From NCBI GenBank assembly GCA_934169745.1, contig CAKPOE010000003.1, forward strand, positions 101,857 through 133,856: a stretch of 32,000 bases of DNA, written 5' to 3'. This DNA is from an uncultured Clostridia bacterium (GTDB lineage: Bacteria; Bacillota; Clostridia; TANB77; UBA1234). This document shows positions 9,190 to 16,572 of the stretch, one piece after another. The notes under the pieces were generated by a model. That model ran no database searches. It worked only from the letters and a program-made list of their open reading frames with translations, and was not told the origin of the DNA. How positions within the stretch are numbered: position 1 is the first letter of the stretch; each line of letters starts with the position of its first letter. The translations under genes and the position numbers were made by a program.

Positions 9190-9218
9190 TTGTCAAAAAA
9201 GAGTATCTGTGCTAGAAT
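9190..9218 (+). promoter_or_regulatory. Putative sigma-A promoter of rpmB (TTGTCA, 17 nt spacer, TGcTAGAAT)
   Basis: TTGTCA at 9190-9195, a 17-nt spacer, then TAGAAT at 9213-9218 preceded by TGC (extended -10). It lies about 40 nt upstream of the rpmB GTG. Confidence 0.5.
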
Positions 9219-9258
9219 ATTAAAGAACGATTTTAGCAACACTAGGGAGGTGTTTATT

Positions 9259-9444
9259 GTGGCAAGATGTGAAATCTGCGAAAAACAAAAAGTGTTCGAA
9301 CAACAAGTAAGCCATTCACATAGAAGATCAGCTAGAACTTTTAAACCAAATTTGAGAACTGTAAAAGCCGTTGTTGATGGCACACTAAAAACAGTTAAAG
9401 TATGTTCTAGATGTTTAAGATCTGGTTTAGTTGAAAGAGCATAG
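9259..9444 (+). CDS. rpmB: 50S ribosomal protein L28
   Basis: GTG start at 9259, 8 nt after GGGAGG. Translation (M)ARCEICEKQKVFEQQVSHSHRRSARTFKPNLRTVKAVVDGTLKTVKVCSRCLRSGLVERA is a typical L28. The ORF-track N-terminal extension is spurious. Confidence 0.92.
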   Translation: MARCEICEKQKVFEQQVSHSHRRSARTFKPNLRTVKAVVDGTLKTVKVCSRCLRSGLVERA

Positions 9445-9453
9445 TTTTTATAG

Positions 9454-9492
9454 AAAAGGACGTTTGTTGACAAACAATCGTCCCTTTTTTTG
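9454..9492. terminator. Imperfect hairpin plus T-run between the convergent rpmB and small-ORF operon
   Basis: GGACGTT (9458-9464) pairs with AA-t-CGTCC (9476-9483) with one bulge, followed by TTTTTTTTG on the plus strand. Confidence 0.45.
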
Positions 9493-9502
9493 TTTTTGCT
9501 TT

Positions 9503-9589
9503 CTATGTAAGCTCTTCTTTCTTCACCCTAAACAAAAATCTAAATAATCCATTCATAAATTTTCCAGGTTTATATACAACTATTCTCAT
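9503..9589 (-). CDS. Hypothetical 28-aa peptide (MRIVVYKPGKFMNGLFRFLFRVKKEELT)
   Basis: Below the ORF-track cutoff and found manually. A strong GAGGAGGAG RBS lies 7 nt upstream of the ATG at 9587-9589, which sits just after the stop of the preceding small ORF. Confidence 0.4.
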   Translation of the reverse strand: MRIVVYKPGKFMNGLFRFLFRVKKEELT

Positions 9590-9606
9590 AAAATTCTCCT
9601 CCTCTT

Positions 9607-9753
9607 TTATTTACATAACCAACAAATGCCTAGCAACAACACAACTATGCCAACACCAAAAATCCAACCTGTTATAGGAAGTAAAAGTGCTAGTAGTATT
9701 CCTAGTCCTAAACCAATCATACAAACACCAAAAGTTTTTTTAAGCAAATTCAT
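9607..9753 (-). CDS. Hypothetical 48-aa double-TM membrane peptide
   Basis: Found manually. GGGAGG lies 5 nt upstream of the ATG at 9751-9753. Translation: MNLLKKTFGVCMIGLGLGILLALLLPITGWIFGVGIVVLLLGICWLCK. Confidence 0.45.
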   Translation of the reverse strand: MNLLKKTFGVCMIGLGLGILLALLLPITGWIFGVGIVVLLLGICWLCK

Positions 9754-9833
9754 ATCTACCTCCCATACATTTGATTTAGTATATAATATGTTGTATAATT
9801 TAATATGTTACAAAAAATATAGGAAGTGAGAAA

Positions 9834-10451
9834 ATGAAAAAAGTAGAAAAACTCATTGAAGAATTATCTAAATGCTATGATGGTGAAAAGGGATCATTAG
9901 ATTTCACAACACCATTTGAATTACTTGTTGCTGTAATGCTTTCAGCACAATGTACAGACGCACGAGTAAATATAGTTACAAAAGATTTGTTTAAAGTTGC
10001 AAATACGCCCGAACAATTTGCAAAAATGGATTTAGCAAAAATTGAAAAGCTTATTTCTTCAATCAGCTTTTATAGAAATAAAGCCAAACACATACAAGAA
10101 GCGTCCATTCAGATTATTGAAAAATATAATGGTAAAGTTCCAAACAACATGGAAGATTTAACATCTCTTTCAGGTGTTGGAAGAAAAACAGCAAATGTAG
10201 TTATGTTAGAAGCTTTTGATAACTGTCAAGGAATTGCCGTAGACACCCATGCACTAAGACTTTCTCATAGATTTGGCTTATCAAAAGAAGAAGAAGCTTC
10301 AAAGGTTGAACAAGATTTATTAAGAAAAATACCAAAGAAATATTGGCGACTTATGAATCACCTCTTTGTATATCACGGAAGAAACATTTGCACTGCAAAA
10401 AATCCAAAATGTAGTGAATGCACAGTAAAAGAATTTTGCAAAGGAGCGTAA
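9834..10451 (+). CDS. nth: Endonuclease III (DNA glycosylase/AP lyase)
   Basis: HhH-GPD fold with LSGVGRKTANVV and a catalytic D in AVDTHALR, plus a C-terminal 4Fe-4S cluster C-x6-C-x2-C-x5-C (CTAKNPKCSECTVKEFC). Confidence 0.92.
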   Translation: MKKVEKLIEELSKCYDGEKGSLDFTTPFELLVAVMLSAQCTDARVNIVTKDLFKVANTPEQFAKMDLAKIEKLISSISFYRNKAKHIQEASIQIIEKYNGKVPNNMEDLTSLSGVGRKTANVVMLEAFDNCQGIAVDTHALRLSHRFGLSKEEEASKVEQDLLRKIPKKYWRLMNHLFVYHGRNICTAKNPKCSECTVKEFCKGA

Positions 10452-10464
10452 TGTAACTCTATAG

Positions 10465-10583
10465 GCACTGAACAAATTTCCGGCAGCCCCTTTTTCGTTC
10501 ATTTTTTTTCGCTATGGAAATTCATTTGCTTAAAAACATGCAAAAATGAACGAAAAATGGGCTGCCGGAAATTCGTTCAGTGC
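10465..10583. repeat. Palindromic intergenic repeat, copy A (about 42-nt arms, about 33-nt spacer)
   Basis: The left arm GCACTGAACAAATTTCCGGCAGCCCCTTTTTCGTTCATTTTT (10465-10506) is the reverse complement of the right arm 10542-10583, with 2 mismatches. It is the same element as at 19535-19606. It lies between the convergent nth and acyl-CoA ligase genes. Confidence 0.85.
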
Positions 10584-10612
10584 TTGCCTATATTCGTTCA
10601 TTATTTTCTATA

Positions 10613-12316
10613 TTATTCTTTTACTAAGTATCTCTTTATCTTCATCGTTGTTGTCTTTTCAAATTCTTCTTTTCTTAATTTTATCTGTTTTACATGTTTA
10701 TAACTTACCAATTTTGTATTTGCAATCTTCACTTCTTCCCATATCTTAGCTTTCATTTCTTCTTCCGTTAATTCTCCATACTTCTCCTTTATTTTATCAA
10801 AGTCTGGGACAATAATTGCAGCTATAAATGTGTCATCGCCTTCCTTATTATCGGCTTGATATATCATGCTTTCCTTTATCAAGTCGCTCTGGTTCAATAT
10901 ACTTTCTACTTCTTCAGGATAAATATTTTTACCATTCTTTGTTATTAGCACGCTCTTCATTCTTCCTGTTATAAACAAGAAACCTTCATCATCAAAATAT
11001 CCCAAGTCACCAGTATGAAGCCAACCATCAACTAATGCTTTCTTTGTTTCTTCTTCATCGTTGTAATAACCAAGCATTACGTTATCGCCTTTTACCATGA
11101 TTTCTCCAACGCCTTCACTGTTTGGTTGATCTATTTTTAAATCAATGCCTGGAACTCTTCTTCCAGCAGCTCCGTCATTGTAATAATTATCTCTATTTAA
11201 TGCAATTAATGGTGAGCACTCTGTCATTCCATACCCTTGTATCATATGAATACCAAGACGTCTATAACCTTTTATAACATCTTTATTCATAGCAGCCGCA
11301 CCAACAATACCAATTCTAAGTTTTCCACCAAAATTATCATGAATTTGCTTAAAAGCTTTCTTTCTTATGTCTATTCCGAAAAACAATAAAAAATCGCTCA
11401 CTCCAAGCATAAACTTTACAAGTCCCTCTTTACCGCTCTTCTTAATTGTTTCCCATATTTTTTTATACATACTTTCGAACAATACTGGAACAGCAAGCAT
11501 CATTGTAGGTTTTGCTTCTTTCATGTTGCTTGCAATATATCTAAGCCCTTCGCAGTGCGCAATAGAAGCTCCTCTAAATAATGGTACCAAGAAACCAGCT
11601 GTACATTCATATGTATGATGTAATGGCAATACCGAAAAGAACCTATCTTCTGGTGAAACACTAATAGATTTGCAACCTGCCATTATATCAAATGCTAAGT
11701 TCCAATGTGAAAGTAATACAGCTTTTGATTTTGAAGTTGTTCCTGATGTAAATAATATAACACTTGCCTTTTTATTATCGATTTTAGCATCAATAAATTC
11801 TCTGTTTCCATGTTTTATTTCATCATATCCAAGCTTTAATAAAGAGTCATAATCGTACTCTCCATCGCCATCCATCGAAATATAATACTTTACAAAATCC
11901 AGTCTTTTCTTTATGTTATCTATTTGTTCCTTTTTCCTATCCGAATAAATAATTGCACTAACATTAGCACGCGTCATAAGACTTTCTAATTCCGCTTCTG
12001 GAAGCTCTTTATCAAGTGGAACAACATCTCCTGTTCCATTAAGAACAGCCAAATACCCCGTAGTCCATTCATATCTATTTTCACCAATTACAGCTATATT
12101 TTTCCCCTTTAGTCCAATCTTGATAAGTGCTGTACCAAGTGCATCGATGTCCGCTTTAAATTGCTTATATGTTATCTCTTCAAATTTCTTTGACTTTTTG
12201 TTTTTGGTAAAAAATGCGACCCTATCTCCATATAAATCAACACTGCTATTTATTAAGTCTTTAATATCAGTAATGTCACGCACCTCATTAAAAGGTTCAT
12301 TCTTCTTCATTCTCAT
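10613..12316 (-). CDS. AMP-dependent acyl-CoA synthetase / long-chain fatty acid-CoA ligase
   Basis: AMP-binding signature ILFTSGTTSKSKAV, a QGYGMTE motif, and TGDLGYFDDEGFLFITGRMK with a C-terminal K...IKR. Confidence 0.88.
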   Translation of the reverse strand: MRMKKNEPFNEVRDITDIKDLINSSVDLYGDRVAFFTKNKKSKKFEEITYKQFKADIDALGTALIKIGLKGKNIAVIGENRYEWTTGYLAVLNGTGDVVPLDKELPEAELESLMTRANVSAIIYSDRKKEQIDNIKKRLDFVKYYISMDGDGEYDYDSLLKLGYDEIKHGNREFIDAKIDNKKASVILFTSGTTSKSKAVLLSHWNLAFDIMAGCKSISVSPEDRFFSVLPLHHTYECTAGFLVPLFRGASIAHCEGLRYIASNMKEAKPTMMLAVPVLFESMYKKIWETIKKSGKEGLVKFMLGVSDFLLFFGIDIRKKAFKQIHDNFGGKLRIGIVGAAAMNKDVIKGYRRLGIHMIQGYGMTECSPLIALNRDNYYNDGAAGRRVPGIDLKIDQPNSEGVGEIMVKGDNVMLGYYNDEEETKKALVDGWLHTGDLGYFDDEGFLFITGRMKSVLITKNGKNIYPEEVESILNQSDLIKESMIYQADNKEGDDTFIAAIIVPDFDKIKEKYGELTEEEMKAKIWEEVKIANTKLVSYKHVKQIKLRKEEFEKTTTMKIKRYLVKE

Positions 12317-12421
12317 AATCGCAAACTCTCCTTCTTATCTAAACTTATCACATATCACAAAGAATTATATATTTTTTAAAAACCATCGTCAATGTTTCTG
12401 ACTACTTATACAGTTTTATTT

Positions 12422-12450
12422 GCATATTTTCACGATTTCTAGGGAAAATA
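12422..12450 (+). promoter_or_regulatory. Possible forespore-type (sigma-G/F-like) promoter of the germinant receptor operon
   Basis: GCATA (12422-12426), a 17-nt spacer, then GAAAATA (12444-12450). This loosely resembles GnATR-17/18-CATnnTA. It is a weak call based on consensus memory only. Confidence 0.25.
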
Positions 12451-12478
12451 TATTTAAAAAGTTTTAAAGAGGTTTTTT

Positions 12479-14080
12479 ATGAATATTTTCTCAAATTTCA
12501 CTCCACCCAATCCCACTCGTCCGTTCAAATTAAAAAAATCAATGCCTCCTCAAGAACCCGAATATGATAAAGAAGGTGTTTTATCATTTTCACTTGAGGA
12601 CAATTTAACTAAATTTAGATACTTTATGCACTACCCAGATAATAGCGATATAAAAATAAGGAACTTTAATACGCAAATAAACGGAAAGACATATAGCTCT
12701 GCAATAATATTTTATGATGGATTGGTTGATTCTAACATAATAAATAATTACATTTTAAGGCAACTAATGAGTACTCAAAACACTGAAGTTTCGAAAGATT
12801 TAAAAGAATGTATTGTAAAAGATATTCTTTCACAAAATCAAATAGATTTTCAGCAAACCTTTGATGAGGCTATAGATAGTGCGCTTACCGGGAATTGCAT
12901 CTTACTAATTGATAGTTTAAACGTAGCAATTAGTTGTGATACCAAGAAACTACCTCAACGTTCAATCGGGAAATCCGAAAATGAGATGTCAACAAAAGGT
13001 CCCGCCGAAAGCTTAGTAGAAAGTCTAAGAATGAATACTGGCTTAATCCGAAAATTTGTTAAAGATGAAAATCTTGTTTTTGAAGATATAAAAATTGGTT
13101 CAAGTGGCAAATCAACTTGTACAATTGCTTATATATCTTCAATAGCAAACGACTCACTAAAATCAGAAGTAAAACGAAGACTCTCTAATATAGATGTTGA
13201 TTACATTTTAGATGTTGGCCAATTAGAGCAATTAATTGAAGATAGAACTTACCTTATTTCACCGGTAATCCTATCTACAGAAAAACCTGATAGAGTTGCC
13301 TCACATTTATTTGAAGGCAGAATTGCGATTCTGCTAGCAGGCAGTCCTGACGCATTAGTTCTCCCTGCTGTATTAAATGATTTTATGCATACCTCCGAAG
13401 ACATGTATAAAAGGTTTCCATATTCTATACTCGCAAGAGTATTTAGAATACCAGCAATGATGCTTTCCGTGCTACTTCCAGGAGTATATATTGCAATAGT
13501 AACATTTCATCAAGAAATGATTCCAACAGATTTACTTTTCGCTATAGCAGCCGCAAGAGAAAAAGTGCCATTTCCTTTCGTGGTGGAACTCCTGATAATG
13601 GAAATAGCATTTGAAATCATACGTGAAGCAAGTATCCGAACGCCTTCTCCTATTGGACCAACGCTGGGCATAGTTGGTACACTTATATTAGGTCAAGCTA
13701 TAGTTAGTGCAAATGTCGTAAGTCCTATATTAATTATAATAGTAGCATTAACTGGTATTAGTTCCTTTGCAGTGGCAAACTTCTCACTAAACTTTACTTT
13801 TAGAATATTAAGATTTGCATATGTTTTTCTCGGAGCATTTGCAGGCTTTTTAGGAATATCACTAGGTTTACTGATTCATTTTTGCGTACTTGCTACAACA
13901 ACCTCATTTGGAGTTCCTTATCTTGCACCATATTCGCCAATGCATTCTTTCTTCTCTTCTTCTGATACAGCAAACATACCAATATGGAAACAAGAAAACA
14001 GGCCTCAATTTTTAAAACCAAAACGTACGAAGCGTCAACCTAAAATATCTAGAAAGTGGATATTAAATTCTAAGGAGTGA
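12479..14080 (+). CDS. Spore germination protein, GerA-family A subunit
   Basis: 533 aa with a soluble N-terminal domain and a C-terminal block of several TM helices. It is the first gene of an A-B-C operon with overlapping or abutting genes. Confidence 0.88.
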   Translation: MNIFSNFTPPNPTRPFKLKKSMPPQEPEYDKEGVLSFSLEDNLTKFRYFMHYPDNSDIKIRNFNTQINGKTYSSAIIFYDGLVDSNIINNYILRQLMSTQNTEVSKDLKECIVKDILSQNQIDFQQTFDEAIDSALTGNCILLIDSLNVAISCDTKKLPQRSIGKSENEMSTKGPAESLVESLRMNTGLIRKFVKDENLVFEDIKIGSSGKSTCTIAYISSIANDSLKSEVKRRLSNIDVDYILDVGQLEQLIEDRTYLISPVILSTEKPDRVASHLFEGRIAILLAGSPDALVLPAVLNDFMHTSEDMYKRFPYSILARVFRIPAMMLSVLLPGVYIAIVTFHQEMIPTDLLFAIAAAREKVPFPFVVELLIMEIAFEIIREASIRTPSPIGPTLGIVGTLILGQAIVSANVVSPILIIIVALTGISSFAVANFSLNFTFRILRFAYVFLGAFAGFLGISLGLLIHFCVLATTTSFGVPYLAPYSPMHSFFSSSDTANIPIWKQENRPQFLKPKRTKRQPKISRKWILNSKE

Positions 14081-14085
14081 TAACA

Positions 14086-15180
14086 ATGGATAACTACAAA
14101 TTAACAACTTGGGAAGTTGCTAGTACACTTGCTATAGTGACACTAACACCAGTCCTACTTTCTTATCCACAATACAATGCAAAAACCTATGGCACAGCTT
14201 ATATGTTACATTCAATATATATGGCCATTGTTATGTTTATAATATTTTGGATTGGTCTTAAACTTTATAAACCTTTCGTTGATAAAGACATATTAGACGT
14301 CGCAGAAATGCTAGGTGGAAAAAGGCTAAAAATAATTAGCGGAATCTTATTTTTATCGTATCTAATATTAATTGTGATATTTACTATGCAAGAATTTGGA
14401 GAAGATATTGAAAAAGTAATGTTCACACATAGTACAAATAGCGAAATAAATATCATGTTTGCAATAGCTATGGCTGTACTCGCTTATTTTGGAATGAAAG
14501 GCGCTTTTAAATTTGGTAGCTACCTTTTTCCAATAATAGTAATAGGATTTATATTAGTATTTTTGTCACTTTTCTCACGAATAGACGTTTTAAACCTAAC
14601 ACCCATTTTAGGCACTGGAGCTGACAAAGTCTTTTTGAGTGGTGTAAAAGAAGTCGGAATATATAGTTCGCTGTTCGCATTATTATTTGTACCGCCAATG
14701 GTAAAGAATATTAAAAAAGCTAGTTATTGTTCAATTGCTAGTACTTCATTTTTTATTATTTTTAGTGCTTTTTTATTAACTACCATTATTCCTTACCCAT
14801 CTCTAACTCAAAAAAGTTTTGCCATATTTGAATTAACAAGATATATAGGTTTTGGAAGATTCTTTCAAAGATTAGAAGCCGTATTTACATTTTTGTGGAT
14901 CATGACTTGTTTTATTTTTATTGGTGTTGCATTAATATTTATAATATACATTTTAAAAAAATCCTTCAATTTAAAATATGCAAATAGACTAATTCCCTGT
15001 ATTGCACTAATACTATATACCTGCTCAGACATTATACCAAACTACTACATCGCAACCAAAGTTAGAGAGTTTTTGTATATTGTAATATCGCCATGTATAC
15101 TTTTAATTTTGCCTATAATTTTAATTTCTCTCTGCAGATTAAAAATCTCTGGAAGAAAGGAACGATCATGTCAAGAATAG
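14086..15180 (+). CDS. Spore germination protein, GerA-family B subunit (APC-type permease-like)
   Basis: Polytopic membrane protein with about 10 TM helices. ATG at 14086, 8 nt after AAGGAG; the track starts it at GTG 14077. Confidence 0.85.
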   Translation: MDNYKLTTWEVASTLAIVTLTPVLLSYPQYNAKTYGTAYMLHSIYMAIVMFIIFWIGLKLYKPFVDKDILDVAEMLGGKRLKIISGILFLSYLILIVIFTMQEFGEDIEKVMFTHSTNSEINIMFAIAMAVLAYFGMKGAFKFGSYLFPIIVIGFILVFLSLFSRIDVLNLTPILGTGADKVFLSGVKEVGIYSSLFALLFVPPMVKNIKKASYCSIASTSFFIIFSAFLLTTIIPYPSLTQKSFAIFELTRYIGFGRFFQRLEAVFTFLWIMTCFIFIGVALIFIIYILKKSFNLKYANRLIPCIALILYTCSDIIPNYYIATKVREFLYIVISPCILLILPIILISLCRLKISGRKERSCQE

Positions 15181-16397
15181 TTCGTATACTAATTGTTTTG
15201 ATGAGTCTACTATATATACTAACCGGATGCTATGATGCAAATGAGCTCGATGATTTAGCATATGTCATAGCAATAGGCGTTGATAAGGGAACTAGTAAAA
15301 AATTACAAGTAACATTTCAAATTGCAATACCAGTAAATATTTCAGGAGAAGGAAGCTCACCAGGAAAAGAAACATCCACATTGTTAACAATCGATGCCGA
15401 TTCTGTATATGAAGCTGTTTCACTTGCAAATGCTCAGATAAGTAAGGAAGTAAATTTGTCTCAAAACAAAATGGTTGTGTTTTCAGAGGAGCTTGCAAAG
15501 GCTGGATTAGAAGGCTATATAAACCCATTTGTCACAAACAAAGAAATAAGACCTCGAACATCAGTAGTTGTTTGTAAAGCATCATCAAAAGAATTTCTTT
15601 CAACAATAACGCCTGTACTAGAAACAAATCCAGCAAGATATTTAGATTTAATACTATCATCTCATTCATACAGCGGCTATAATATTGGAACCGAACTAGT
15701 TGATTTTTATTGGAATGAGCAATCGCCATACGTTGAACCGATTGCAATACTAGCGGAAATAAGCAACAACAATTCAGAAAATAGCAAAAGTGATAAAGAT
15801 AATTCTCCAAGTCAAGAAGTAAATGAAAATCCGACTCCAAAATTTTCTGGAATCGCCGTGTTTTCTGGTGCAAAAATGGTTGGTGAGTTAAAAGAAGATG
15901 AAATCATTCCACACCGTATAGTAACAAATAGTCTACAACCTGTAAATTTTGCTCTTCCAGACATAAAAGAACCAAACAAAATAACAACTGTAACACTAAA
16001 TCAAAATTCGAAATGTAAAACCAAATTAAAACTTGAAAACAATATTCCGAAAATAAATATAACAGCAAATATTCATGCACAACTAGTTACAAGTGGCTCT
16101 CCAACTGATTACTTTGAAAATGAAAATAGATATCAATTAGCAAAAAAGATAGAAGAAGAATTATCAAAACTAATTTATTCATATTTGAATAAATGTTGTA
16201 AAGAATTAAAAACTGATATAACTGGTTTCGGGAAAAATTTAAGACCGCAATATTTAACTTTAACAGAATTGGAAAAAGTTGACTGGGAAAATATTTATCC
16301 GAATTCAGAATTTGTAGTTAATGTTGACGTGGATTTAAACACCACACAAATTGTAACTTACAAAGAAAATGTAAAATCACGTGAAAATAATAAATAG
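15168..16397 (+). CDS. Spore germination protein, GerA-family C subunit (lipoprotein)
   Basis: MSRIVRILIVLMSLLYILTGC lipobox starting at ATG 15168, overlapping the end of the B subunit. The ORF-track N-terminal extension (15093) is spurious. Confidence 0.85.
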   Translation: MSRIVRILIVLMSLLYILTGCYDANELDDLAYVIAIGVDKGTSKKLQVTFQIAIPVNISGEGSSPGKETSTLLTIDADSVYEAVSLANAQISKEVNLSQNKMVVFSEELAKAGLEGYINPFVTNKEIRPRTSVVVCKASSKEFLSTITPVLETNPARYLDLILSSHSYSGYNIGTELVDFYWNEQSPYVEPIAILAEISNNNSENSKSDKDNSPSQEVNENPTPKFSGIAVFSGAKMVGELKEDEIIPHRIVTNSLQPVNFALPDIKEPNKITTVTLNQNSKCKTKLKLENNIPKINITANIHAQLVTSGSPTDYFENENRYQLAKKIEEELSKLIYSYLNKCCKELKTDITGFGKNLRPQYLTLTELEKVDWENIYPNSEFVVNVDVDLNTTQIVTYKENVKSRENNK

Positions 16398-16405
16398 GAG
16401 ATATT

Positions 16406-16570
16406 ATGAAAATATTAATTTTTATATTGTGCCTCCTTTCAGCTTTGTATGCCATTCCCTATGGCACATGGGAATGGCAAAATAACAATAAGCTAGGAGG
16501 ATTTGTAGTATATATTTTTAGTGCCATATGCATTATTGCAAGTATTGCTAATTTCTTTTTTATATCATAA
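16406..16570 (+). CDS. Hypothetical 54-aa two-TM protein, fourth gene of the ger operon (candidate D-type subunit)
   Basis: Found manually. AGGAG lies 7 nt upstream of ATG 16406, and the ORF starts 9 nt after the gerC-like stop. Translation: MKILIFILCLLSALYAIPYGTWEWQNNNKLGGFVVYIFSAICIIASIANFFFIS. Confidence 0.5.
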   Translation: MKILIFILCLLSALYAIPYGTWEWQNNNKLGGFVVYIFSAICIIASIANFFFIS

Positions 16571-16572
16571 AA

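Noticed and set aside
9168-9473. 101-aa minus-strand ORF overlapping rpmB.
   Set aside because: It is antisense to a clearly identified L28 gene, with no RBS and an implausible sequence.
10320-10749. ORFs beginning MNEKGAAGN / MNEKWAAGN (and MNEKVAAGK at 19312-19569) that look like a small conserved protein family.
   Set aside because: The shared N-termini are just translations of the arms of the palindromic DNA repeat. The rest of each ORF is antisense or intergenic.
15093-15167. N-terminal extension of the gerC-like ORF (MYTFNFAYNF...), and similar extensions of rnhB, recG, secG, cpsD, mntP, rpmB and GT2.
   Set aside because: Internal starts with proper RBS spacing and family-typical N-termini (for example the lipobox) are much more likely. 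The extensions overlap upstream genes.
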